Shown here: positions 52,134-64,000 of the stretch, piece by piece
Layout of the letters: each line of letters starts with the position of its first letter
How positions within the stretch are numbered: the first letter of the stretch is position 1
Assembly: GCA_965644295.1 (NCBI GenBank)
Contig: CBFFRP010000079.1
Location: 124,170-188,169, forward strand
Reading direction: 5' to 3'
DNA length: 64,000 bases
DNA from: Paraphysomonas bandaiensis
Taxonomy: Eukaryota > Protista > Chrysophyceae
The notes under the pieces: generated by a model
What the model was told of the DNA's origin: nothing
Database searches by the model: none
The model's input: the letters and a program-made list of their open reading frames with translations, nothing else
Made by a program: the position numbers and the translations under genes

Positions 52134-55100
52134 ATGCTGCATGAGTTGTGTCTGTTCCTCTGCGTGGCTGTTATGGGATATCAACCATCTCAAGGTAATG
52201 GTTCGTGTTATCAAACTAACATAATGATCATATGATTGATTAGGCCATAATATATCGGAGTTACATCGTCACTTATCTCATCAACAACAACTCTATTCGC
52301 TCACTTATATAGCTGGAAACGGTGAAGAGGGACACTATGATGCGATTGGGACAAACTCAAAGTTTATCCGACCCGGAGCCGTGAAGTTATACTCCTCGGA
52401 TCAATATGCATTGATTGGTGAATATACCCGCATACGTAAGATCGATATGGCTACAATGACAGCATCCACTGTGGCTGGAAATGGATTCAATGGTAACACT
52501 GATGGTGTTGGAACCCTTGCACAGTTTGTGTCACCATATGGATTAGCGATATCTTCGGACAATAGCTTCGCAGTGGTGGCTGACTTTAGCAGTCATTACA
52601 TACGACTATTGCTGTTATCATCTCGACAAGTTGTTACTCTTCATCCTGACGGTTCTGGGGGTGGATCGCAGGACGGTGGATCAGCATCTAGTTTCAATAG
52701 CCCACGTGATATTGTGCTATCAGCAGATGACTCGTATGCCCTCATTGCCGATAGAAATAATAATCGAATTCAGAAATTAGTTCTGACAAACAAGGTGGTT
52801 ACTACTGTTGCAGGAGGCTCCAATGGAAATGCCGATGGTATTGGTACAAATGCTCAATTTAATAATCCTTTTGGTATGTGCATGTCCTCTGACAAATCTT
52901 TTGTGTTGATAACAGAACTCGCGGGTTATCGTGTACGTAAGTTGGTATTATCGACATCTATGGTTACTACCATTGCAGGATCTGGTTCGCTTGGTATGTT
53001 GGATGGTGTAGGAACTTCAGCTACTTTTTCGTCCCCATCATCGGTGGTCCTTTCCCAATCGGATACTGTGGCATATGTGTCTGACCTAGGTGGACATGCC
53101 ATTCGACACATTGATATGGTTACCCTGCAGGTGACAAGGGTCGTTGGAACCATGGCCGATGAGAATGTGGAAGGTGTAGGTACAAATGCTTCAATTTTAG
53201 GCCCATTTTCCCTTGACATTTCTGATGACGAGTCATTCATATTAGTTTGTAGTATGTTTGGCCATCGTATTGCCAAGGTCAGTGTACTTCCCACTTTTCC
53301 CACTACTTTACCTACAAGTGCTCCCACGATTTCACCGTATACTGCTACTGAAAGGAACGTGTTATGCCAAATGGTATCTTCCACGAATATTGGGAGTATA
53401 TTCTCAGAATGGGTATGTGGGGCCCCTGACTGGTGCATGTGGACAGGAATTACATGTGAGGAGTCGTCTATTGCTCAAATTTTGTTGGCATCAAGTTCTT
53501 TGACGGGTACTATCCCGTCATCTGTTGGGCTTTTGACTAAGCTCGTGATTCTCAACATGGGCTTTAATAGTTTGACCGGATCCTTGCCCAGTTCTTTATC
53601 AAATATGTCGAAGTTATCCTATCTAGATTTATCCAGAAACTTACTTTCTGGCTCCATACCATCCAATATTGATTTGATGACCAGTTTAGAGACGATGGAT
53701 TTGAGTAGAAATATGCTTCATGGCGAGATCCCTCATTTTAGTGGACAAATGAGCGCATTGTTGGTGTTGAAGTTGAATCATAACTCTTTATCTGGAATGA
53801 TACCATCAAGCTTGTCATACATCAGCTCTTTGTCCGATATATCTTTGTCACAAAATAGACTCACTGGAGCTATTCCATCCGAACTGGGTGATCTGAATTC
53901 GATTTATCGTATTCGTGCCTGGAACAACAGACTATCTGGAACACTTCCCTCCTCACTTGGAAAGCTTCATCGTTTGAATGTACTGCGCCTCGATAATAAT
54001 ACACTGACTGGAACAATTCCAAGCTCATATACAAGTTTGATATCAATGAGGGTTTTTACCGTGAACGATAATAAAATTCGTTCGATTTTTCCATATGAAA
54101 TGTGCGACATGAAGAATTTATCTTATTTTTACCTTTCTCAGACAGGCGCGCATGAATGCAGTATTCCAACTGCTATACCAACCCCACAACCAACGAGTAT
54201 CCCCTCAGGTAATCCGTCATTTCAACCTACCGCACAACCCACAGTACGGCCCAGTGAAGCTCCGTCGAATGAGCCCACTGGTGAGCCTTCAATGTATCCC
54301 ACTGGCGAGCCGTCAGGAAAACCTACTGGAACACCTTCAGGTATTCCCACTAGATTACCATCTGGTGAGCCTACCGGCATACCATCAGTACAGCCAAGTG
54401 GTGCACCCTCTGGTCAACCTACTTCGATACCATCAGGGCTGCCTACTGGGACACCGTCAGGACAGCCTACTGCGGTTCCAACAGGTCAACCCTCCTGTCA
54501 GCCAACTGGAATACCGTCAGAACAGCCAAGTGGTGCACCGTCAGTACAGCCTACTGGTCAACCAACTGGGACACCGTCAGGACAGCCTACTGCGCTACCG
54601 ACAGGTCAACCCTCTGGTCAGCCAACTGGAATACCGTCAGAACAGCCAAGTGGTGCACCGTCAGTACAGCCAAGTGGTGCACCCACTGGTCAACCAACTG
54701 GGACACCGTCAGGACAGCCCACTGCGCCACCGACAGGTCAACCCTCTGGTCAGCCTACTTGGATACCATCTGGGCTGCCTACTGGACAGCCTTCTGGAAT
54801 ACCGTCAGAACAGCCAAGTGGTGCACCGTCAGTACAGCCTACTGGATGGCCTACTGGGACACCGTCAGGTCAACCCTCTGGTCAGCCTACTTCGACACCA
54901 TCAGGGCTGCCTACTGGTCAACCTACAGGGACACCGTCAGTACAGCCTACTACGGTACCGACAGGTCAACCCACTGGGCAGCCTTCTGGAATGCCGTCAG
55001 GACAGCCAAGTGGTGCACCTACTGGTCAACCAACTGGGACACCGTCAGGACAGCCTACTGCGCTACCGACAGGTCAACCCTCTGGTCAGCCCACTTGGAT

Positions 55101-58100
55101 ACCATCAGGGCTGCCTACTGGACAGCCTTCTGGAATACCGTCAGAACAGCCAAGTGGTGCACCGTCAGTACAGCCTACTGGACAACCATCACGACAGCCA
55201 AGTGGTGTGCCGTCAGGACAACCTACTGGGATACCATCAGGACAGCCAAGTGATGTGCCGTCAGGGCAACCTACTGGGATGCCGTCAGGACAGCCTACTA
55301 CGGTACCGACAGGTCAACCTTCTGGTCAGCCTACTTGGATACCATCAGGGCTGCCTACTGGACAGCCTTCTGGAATACCGTCAGAACAGCCAAGTGGTGC
55401 ACCGTCAGTACAGCCTACTGGACAACCATCACGACAGCCAAGTGGTGTGCCGTCAGGACAACCTACTGGGATACCATCAGGACAGCCAAGTGATGTGCCG
55501 TCAGGGCAACCTACTGGGATGCCGTCAGGACAGCCTACTACGGTACCGACAGGTCAACCTTCTGGTCAGCCTACTGGATGGCCGACTGGGACACCATCAG
55601 GACAGCCTACTGGACAACCGTCAGGACAGCCAAGTGATGTGCCGTCAGGACAACCTACTGAGATACCATCAGGTCAGCCTACCAGTGTACCTTCTACATA
55701 TCCTTCGTGTTCTCCAACTGTTGAGCCGTCATCAATGCCTAGTAACCTACCCAGTTCTCTACCTTCAGTGGTGCCAAGTGGTCTACCAAGCTACCAACCC
55801 ACCACTCAACCATCGTCAACTCCATCATCGGTGCCTACTTCATCTCCTTCACATGTTCCAAGCTGCGTTCCTACTGTGGTTCCGTCAGAGAATCCAACTT
55901 GCGTACCGACTGGCCACCCTAGCAGCACTCCAACTCCCTCCCCATCTCACAATCCCACTATTACCCCAACCTTACGACCAACACAGAATCCTACTCTTCT
56001 CGGCGACACGATTCCACCAACTCAATTTCCCACATTCTCTCCTACATTCAGTCCCACTGTCGTACCCGTGGTGCCTCCGAATGTACAGACCTGTACTCTT
56101 TCTAATGATGGAAGCTATGTGATTCTTGTGCTTGATGCTGCTTCAGACATGGGTGGACTTGGTAGTCAGTTTCAATGCTCACAACTTTTTGATTTTAGTA
56201 GATCTGCTAGCTTTGTATGTCGCTGGAAGGAAAGTGCATCGAGAGTGTGGCTTCATTCAGCTTCATCTATTCTAGATGTTGGCGATTCTGTCACTATGAA
56301 AGGAGGCATACTGCGTGCGATGTGTCCTTCAGGAGCCAGTAAAGTCGAGTGCTCAAGATGGGCAACAGCTAGTTCCCAGTCATGCGTCGTACTGCCTCCT
56401 CCAAACCCCATATCTCCAGTGGTGTCCATATCCGCGCCATCTACTCTCGGGCAGTGCGATGATTTTGTTGTGGATATTTCGGGGTCAAGTGGTTCGGGTG
56501 GACGTGGCTGGTACGATTTTTCCGTGGATGTATTCAGTTCTTCCAATTCCTCGTATTCTCTTCAGAATGCTTCTGACATCAGGCGCTTCTATCGTAGTGT
56601 ATACAAATATACACCTCCCACACCCCTTCCTGGTTCGTACCTCAAAGCCAATGAGGTATACGCTTTCGAGATTAGACTGTGCAACTTTCTTCAGAAATGC
56701 AGTTCCGCAATCCACAATGTTGCTGTCAAGGCCACAAGCGTCCCTGTTGCGACTATAGTCGGTCAGGCTCAAAGAAATGTGTATCGTCGATATCCGCTTG
56801 TGTTATCATCACATGCGTATACGGCGAGCTGTGGGGCTGATAAAACCCAAAGGGGACTATCTTATTCATGGTTTGTTGAAAAGAACGGTACTATACAGGA
56901 CGATCTTATTAACACCAACTCCGATTCGTCCAAGTTCAAATTATTGCCATATTCTCTCGATGTGGGAGAAGTGTATACTATAGTCCTGAATGTCATGCAT
57001 GATGCGTCGAAGATTAGTACCTCATCATCCGTTAAAGTAAGCGTTCTGCCGTCATCTGTAGTCGCTGTTATTGAAGGGGGTTCGGTACAGACTATGCGAT
57101 ATGGGGAATCCCTGGTTCTGGATGGCTCTGGAAGTTATGACAATGATATGTATGATGTCGCTGGTGTGGCAGCTGGCCTTTCATTGTCGTGGAGCTGCAC
57201 AGACTCTGTCAACAGTAGCAGGGCTGGGTGTGGATTAACTTTGACTCCCAGTGAAAGTCTCGACACTGTGACCGTTACTGCTAATTCAGAGTCTCTGGTG
57301 AACACAGAAACCGTTGTGACCTTGACAGTATCTGGTTCCTATGACCGCTCTGATGCTGCTGTTGTGACTGTCAGAATCGCCCCACCACTCTCTCCCAAAG
57401 TTTCCTTGTCATTGTCGTCGAGAAAAGTGAAGTACGCAGAAAAGATTAAAGTACAGGCTCTTGTTGAAGTATTCTCCTTAACCACAGCTGAGTGGTCCAT
57501 TAACGATGACAGCATCGATTTGGTGTCATCAGCGTTGACACCGGTTAGCAGAGTAGTTACACCAGGTAGATTGACTGCGTTCAATCTTGTATTGGGAGGT
57601 AGTACGCTCTATATGGGAGCTTCTTTTACTTTTACCTGCTCTGTGGGGAGTGCTTCATCATCCGTGACTGTGGATGTTGTGGGTCCCCCTTCACCTGGCA
57701 GCTTCGTGGTTGACCCCACAAGTGGCTATGAACTGCAAGACAAGTTCATGATGATGGCATCACAGTGGACAGATTCAGAGCTGCCACTGACGTATTCATT
57801 TGGCTACTTTTCTGCCAGTGGTGATCTGTTGACGCTGCACGCGAGGTCGGAGTTGACATACATCAGCAGCACTCTTCCCGCAGGCTCTCCCAGTGTGAAT
57901 CATAGTGTGAGTTGTCAAGTTACCGTGTACAATTTATTGGATGCCAATGCTGTGGAGTTTTACACTGTAACTGTTGAGCCAGTTACTTCGACCCCGGAAG
58001 ACCTGTCGTCTATTGTTGTCGATCTTTTAATGGAAAGTGAAAGTAGTATAGATACGACGAAACAGACTATAGCTGTACTGACAGGCGTCATCAACACAGT

Positions 58101-61100
58101 AAACTGCTCTCTAGCTCCTGATTGCGCTTCCCTGCATCGGTATGATTGTGGTTCTACGTCCCATTCCTGTGGCAAATGCTGGACTGGATACTTTGGAGCA
58201 GAAGGAGATGCGAATTCTGTGTGTTACTCGGGCTCTTTAAATATTGAAACGCTGGGGTTGTTATGTGGTACTGATAATGACTGTGGAATGTATCAGAGCT
58301 GTACAGAGCAAGTTTGCGAGTACATGTTGAAGCAATGTCCTCGCAATTGTACGGGAAGGGGAATATGTCAAATGGAAGATATTTCGACTGGAAATGTCGT
58401 TGGTCTTTGTCGAGCTGATGATGTTTCTTGTCGAGCTGTCTGTGTTTGTGATAATGGTTTTTCTGGTGACGCTTGTGATACATCAACTGAGGTGCTTGAA
58501 ATCAAGCAGCAATCGAGGTGGCAATTGATTGACTCTGCATCGACAACTGTGGTGTACAGTGATGCCACCTCGGATAACATCGTAAGTGCTGTTGCGACAG
58601 TATCTCAGTTGTCTGCTAATCCAGCTGAGCTGACACCCGATGCGTGTGCCATATTGTATGATCTTGTGTACTTCTTGCTTGATAGTGCCGATGTTCTCGA
58701 ATTGGCATATGAGGAGGTTAGCGTATACAAAGCGATTGATACGTGCTCCTCAATTGTTACTAACCCCTCATCTCGACGACGGTTAACTGCCTTCAGCAAC
58801 TGGACATCGTCCGCCGAATTGATCGACAAGTACTCTGATTTAATTTCTTCACAGATGGTGGCTGGTCAGAAAGATGTAGCATATGTTCAATCATTATCAC
58901 GGGTTGTATCTGCCGTGCGATCATTGGATAGTAGTGGGTTTGCGGTCACATTGCCACGAACAGGTGAAGAGGAGGCTCTTGATATTCAGAAGTCTGTGGT
59001 TATGATCAATGGGAGTAAGGCAGAGAGTGTATCTTCTGTCGCTGTGAGTGTTATTGAAAGCGCAGCTAAGCTATATCAAAACAGTTCTAATTTTACCTCC
59101 AATCCGATAAATATTCGAATTACTACCCCCAGCAGTGGAAAAGCTTTCGAGGAAGTTATGGTGGTACTGAGAAATCACCAACCCTTACATGGCAGCTTAT
59201 TTAACACCACAAATACGTCATTCATGACGAGCTGTTTAGATTACGAGCACAGCGTACACAACTATACCTGTCCGGGATCAAATTTTATTGTATCCCACGA
59301 GTGCACCGGAACTTTAAGAGTGCTGAAGACCACTTGTCCTTTCTTTCAGACAATACCAGAGTGTCGTATCATTGTTGGTGGAGTTATGATTTCTGACAGC
59401 AAGACCTGCGAAGTGGTTGGCTTCACCGAGACCAATACAACATGTCGGTGCGTGATCAACTATGCGCAATCGAAACGACTGCTGTCGTCAACTAGCGATA
59501 ACGCCCTACGCTCATCTGGGTCATTGGAAGTTGTTGCTATAATGGAAAATACATATACTGATTTCGTTGAAACCATTTTAGAGTCGGATAATATCACAGC
59601 TGCTGGCATTAGGTACTTTACTTATGTATGCAATGCACTGGTAGTTTAACACACCATTTATAGGGACGTATTGCTCGTGATCATAATGTTTTTTTCTATG
59701 TGGGCAGTGGGTTTGGCATCTATGCTAGAATTAACTCGTGTTTCGTTCGCACATAAACAAAACAAAATTCGACACAAATCGGTAGTTGGAAATCGAACTA
59801 CGAAGAGTGGCTTAGAGGAGAGCGACACGAGTGTACAGAAAAAATATTTGTTGAATTACATCAGGTATTGTGTGTTAGGTTGTATTTAAGTACCACTTGA
59901 TCAATACAACGTAGGGAACTTGTGCCTTCCGTGTTTCAGTCCCATGGCTCTTCATGGCAGTGTCTAGTTTCCGAAGTGGCAAAACACCACAGGTAGACGT
60001 TCGCTCTATATACCACTCTATTTTAATTACGAACTGGATAGATATGTTGTTATGATTTTGGCCAATGGACCGGATGCTGAAGAAAGACGGTTACAAGCTG
60101 GACTGCATGTGTTAACTGTGCAAACAATGCTTATGTTTTTAATTGCAATTTTTTATGATGTGGAGTACCCCACTGATGATGGCACATGTGGTACATACGT
60201 AGACGAGAAATCATGTTTGTCGGAACGGTCCATGTTCGATACGAGTACGACCACGTGTGAGTGGAATCTTAGCGACGATGGCGGTGGCTCATGTATGTGG
60301 GTGGAGCCGACGATATCGTATAAGGTGCAGTATGATGCGCACGAAGTATGTTTTCTATTAACGGACTAGATAGGTCATTGTTATAATATCAGTCCTGATA
60401 GCTGTTCTCACGGCGCCCATCAACCTGGTTGTTGATTTTCTCTTCGAGGTTTGAAATAAAGTATTGCATCCTAATATTTAAATAATGTATGCGATACGAC
60501 AGGACATATTGAGTGCCCCCACTGCAGATGAGAATAAAGTAGATTCTATGGTTCAGAGTGTGGGACGCCGAATGAGCCAGGTAGCACGAAGAGCATCCAA
60601 TGTCGTTACGACTTCCGTGCATGCGGCTGTTAATAGTATGGGTAAAGCGAAAACGAAAAAGGCTTGGGGATTAACTCGACTCAAGAGCTCATTTGTTCTT
60701 GACGATACTACTCGCACACTACCTCCCGCGGTAATAAGTAGCCATGCGTTAGCCAGGGGTGCACTAGGAAGCTCTTTAAAGCGTCTTTCGAGTGTGGGTA
60801 TCATTGAAGATACTGAAAGGGGAGAATCTAAAGTACTGAGTCAGTCCAGCACAATTAGTCTCGATGCTATTGTCTGTAGTAGCAAGGCGCGTAGAAGAAA
60901 AGCCAAACTGGCGAGACGCTACGGCACGATGCCATCGCATGAGATTCGATCGACGTCCTCAGTTGGGCCTGATGTAGTTGCAAACGAGAAGTTGGATTTA
61001 GTCACATTTGACCAATTCTTAGAAGATTTCCATGATCAACGTGCCAAGCTAACTGGAAAATATCTTCGAGATTTTGATGATCGCTGGGGGTAGGACTACT

Positions 61101-63153
61101 TAATTTATATCTGTATATAAGTAACTGTTGTTTAAAGTTGGGACGCTGAAGCCGGTCGTTTTAGGGCTGATCGGGCGTGGGCATTGCCATGTACACAATC
61201 AATTGAAAGTTTGATTGGCTTGGAGATTCAGAATGTGTCTTCTATATGTAGCGAAAAAATTAATAAACTACGTATCGCTACAGATGTGCATACAGGTGCA
61301 ATGTAGTTGACAGTGTGACGAATATGTTGTTGTTATGTTGTACGTGTTTAGGATTGGAACTGCTTCACCTGTTTGTTATTGATCTCCTCGGACGAAATAG
61401 TCCAGCTGGAAGAATATTTCAAACAAAAACTGAAGAGGAGTAAGTAGATTTTAGTATACCATAACGTTGTTATGTAAGTTTTCCGATTTGCAGTTTCAAG
61501 CACGCATTTGTAGTCACCAAGACAGCAAAGATTCTGGCATGGATTTGTGTTGTCTTTTTGAACTTATTTTTTGCCTATTTTTCCATCCTTCGTGGTATGT
61601 CAAGAACCTACGGTTGGCAGAAAGGGTATTGCATAGCATGCGCTATACAATTTATCATTGAAGTTTTATTTTATGAGACCTCTGAATGTATATGGATAAA
61701 TTATGGTATCCCGCAAGTAAGTGATTGTATAATATCTGTAGCGTGTTAATATCTCTGCTAGCTTGTCAGTGCTGATGTGGAGCGTACGATTACGGCCCTG
61801 ACGGGCACCATTGATTATGCATTTTCGCCAGTGAAGAGGAAATTACCCCTTCTAGACACACCTTCATATTTCTTCGTGAGCACGAGAGTGGCCGAAAACT
61901 TCAATGATTTATTTGAGAGCTCTATCGTGCTGGCGTTTCACTCTTACTATCCACCGTCACGTATGGGCCGCGATTGGCGAGAAAATACCAGTGATAATGT
62001 GTTGGGGTTGAAGCGATCTAAGAATCGTACACGAGGGGGTGTAATGGGATTCTTGGGGCGTGTAAGTGTTGTTGCAATGTTAGTTACTCTGCTCAAGTAT
62101 ATTGGGACCATAAATATCCGCCTTCAGCGAGTCATTCTTCATAGCATACAGCCAATAATTATTGCATTTGTATTTGTACTGCTATCCAACCTTCAGTCCA
62201 ACCCATGGTATGGCTACGTATTGCTTGGTATCATCTTATTCGAAGTTTTAAGGAGAATGATATCGAATCGTACAGTTACCAAGTCAATACCTGATGGTGT
62301 GTCTCCATTAGTTGGAGTGCCATTGGAAGTTGAATCATCTGAAAATGGATCATGCCAAGTGAATAGCGGTGAGGAAATGCCGCGGAGAGTTATATCAAAT
62401 TCCAGTGATGAAAACTTGTCTCAACATAGGTCGAGGTTGGTGTCGACTGACTCTTCGGCTGACATTGTGAGACAACGCAGTTGGTCATTTGGATTGGACA
62501 GTGCAATATTTAGACACCGTGCCGGGAGCTATGTATCGGACAGTGGTGATATCAGTGTGAGTGATGAGGAATACAATAGCAAGCGCCGCACGGGCTTGTC
62601 AACAGCACGTGAAGAGCTCTCAGCGAGAATTAGGGCCGGCAGTTTTGCTTCCTCAACTGGGGATGAATATGACGATGTCGGTGTAAGAGTCCCCGTAGAA
62701 AACGAGGGAACCCGAATGAGGCTGACCAGCATCACTGAGCTGGATGAGCTGTATTACCCACACTCTGACAGCGAGTATGCGGCGAAAGCCAGGGGCGATA
62801 CGTTGGACTCAGAAGATATAAGTGAAGAGCGTGAACAATTTTCATTTGATTTTTCTTCTTCGAGTAGTGGTGTGTCATTCCTTGGCGAAGTTTACTCCAT
62901 CACATCATCTTCCGAGTCGTCGAAAGGAGTTGTTCATGATGTGATGCCTCATTCACTAGACTGTGATAGTGGTGATAATCACAACGACAGCTCTCACAAT
63001 GGAAGTATTCGATCTCGTGATCAGTACTCGATTTCCAGTTCGTCGACTAACGATGATCGATACATGAGTTCATCTGATAGCTCAGTCAATTATCTGTCGA
63101 TGTGTGAGAGTTCATCGAGTGAAACTAACAAGGTGGATGCATTGCCCACTTGA
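52134..63153 (+). CDS. Giant cell-surface protein: signal peptide, NHL repeats, LRRs, P/S/T/Q mucin-like stalk, REJ/PKD-like domain, EGF-like, GPS-like site, multiple TM segments, Ser-rich tail
   Basis: Exon 1 MLHELCLFLCVAVMG; repeated AG..G..DG.G..A.F..P (NHL); LxxNxLxGxIP LRRs; PSGQPT repeats; LVLDGSGSYD, P.PG.F.V.P..G and LPLTYSF (REJ); CVCDNGFSGDAC; CEVVGFTETNTTCRC; downstream short hydrophobic exons joined by GT-AG introns. Confidence 0.85.
54165..56090 (+). repeat. Coding tetrapeptide repeat (PSGQ/PTGQ) including a 240-bp near-exact tandem duplication
   Basis: Sequence lines starting 55141/55381, 55201/55441 and 55261/55501 are identical. Confidence 0.95.
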
Positions 63154-64000
63154 GAGGCAGTTTCATTAACACAAGCCACAGGAAAGAATTCCTGTAACTA
63201 TATCTGCACAATCGACTTGTGAGAGATAATTGAGAGTATTAGTTACATTTTTAGTGTTTTGTTAGTACTATTAATTTTAGAGGATAGTACATTTCTTGAT
63301 CATCTAGTAGAAGTATATGATCGTATTACTGAGAAGCTCTTTGCTGTATAGCCATTCTAAGTTAACTTACATATAAAATCGTATCTATGACTTCAGGAAC
63401 ATGTATTCCTTGATTAAAAAGGAATAGAGTGTGTTGCCTAAGACTTAGAGTTGCAGTACAACTGACATCATACATGCAGAAGTCGCGACTTCGGTATTGC
63501 ACAGCTAACTGCAGTGACAGAGTCGATTGTCAACTGTTCTGAATCTTGTATGCTGCCTAGATTATATTGATTTGTGTGTTTGCATGCTTTATAGCTCTCT
63601 ATCTATCTAACTATCTATCATACAAGTGAATGACCTAATGGTAAATGCTTTGTGTTTTCAGTTAAATGAAGTAATTCGTTCCGCTTGGACAGCTAGGAAA
63701 AAGTATTTTATCGCATCCGTTATAATTCAGTACTGGCACTGTCATGTAACCCATTGTAATCTATTCGAACACTCAAAGCTCTGTTTCATGTCAAATTTTT
63801 GTTTGACGTTTTATTCTTTAAACTTTAAAGAATGTTGTATGTTGTCGTTTTCTCGCATTCTCTTCAGTTGGAAGAACTGTTGGCCTTCTTATATTGGCTT
63901 CTAATAAGACTTTTTTCCCGCAGTTCGTCCTAGTAGAAGGAAGCAGTGTTGTGATGTATGCTTGTAACTAATCACCATAACCTAGATGTGGTCTTCAGCT

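Noticed and set aside
54152-56122. 656-aa overlapping ORF
   Set aside because: Alternative frame of the Pro-rich coding repeat, which lacks stops by composition.
63470-63545. Short palindromes (GAAGTCGCGACTTC) as an ncRNA
   Set aside because: No tRNA/snRNA motifs; no RNA gene could be supported anywhere in the window.

Overview
Gene-dense eukaryotic nuclear DNA with short GT-AG introns (mostly about 45-85 nt). The gene content and transposon types suggest a stramenopile, probably chrysophyte/ochrophyte-like (inference only). About 14 protein genes are supported: ELAV-like RRM (partial), potato-inhibitor-I protein, snRNP SmE, GH3 beta-glucosidase, 3beta-HSD/NSDHL-like, a UBL+winged-helix+multi-C2 protein, DOCK GEF, SDR, a hypothetical protein, ankyrin-TPR, ARM-repeat, CobW/COG0523 GTPase, an SH3-PX-coiled-coil protein and a TPR protein, plus a giant NHL-LRR-mucin-REJ-EGF-GPS multi-TM receptor. 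Long (TATG)n/(CATA)n tracts sit upstream of genes, mostly in divergent intergenic regions, and DNA transposons cluster in the same places: a pogo element with a nested MULE-like relic, a 683-bp-TIR element, a Tc1 relic, and a Crypton-type tyrosine-recombinase element embedded in a (TATG)n tract with inverted arms. A 1.2-kb intron is built from tandem intron-sized units that each re-create the exon-1 splice donor. Many track ORFs (YIHT/MYVC repeats) are microsatellite artefacts. All domain calls are by eye; no searches were run.
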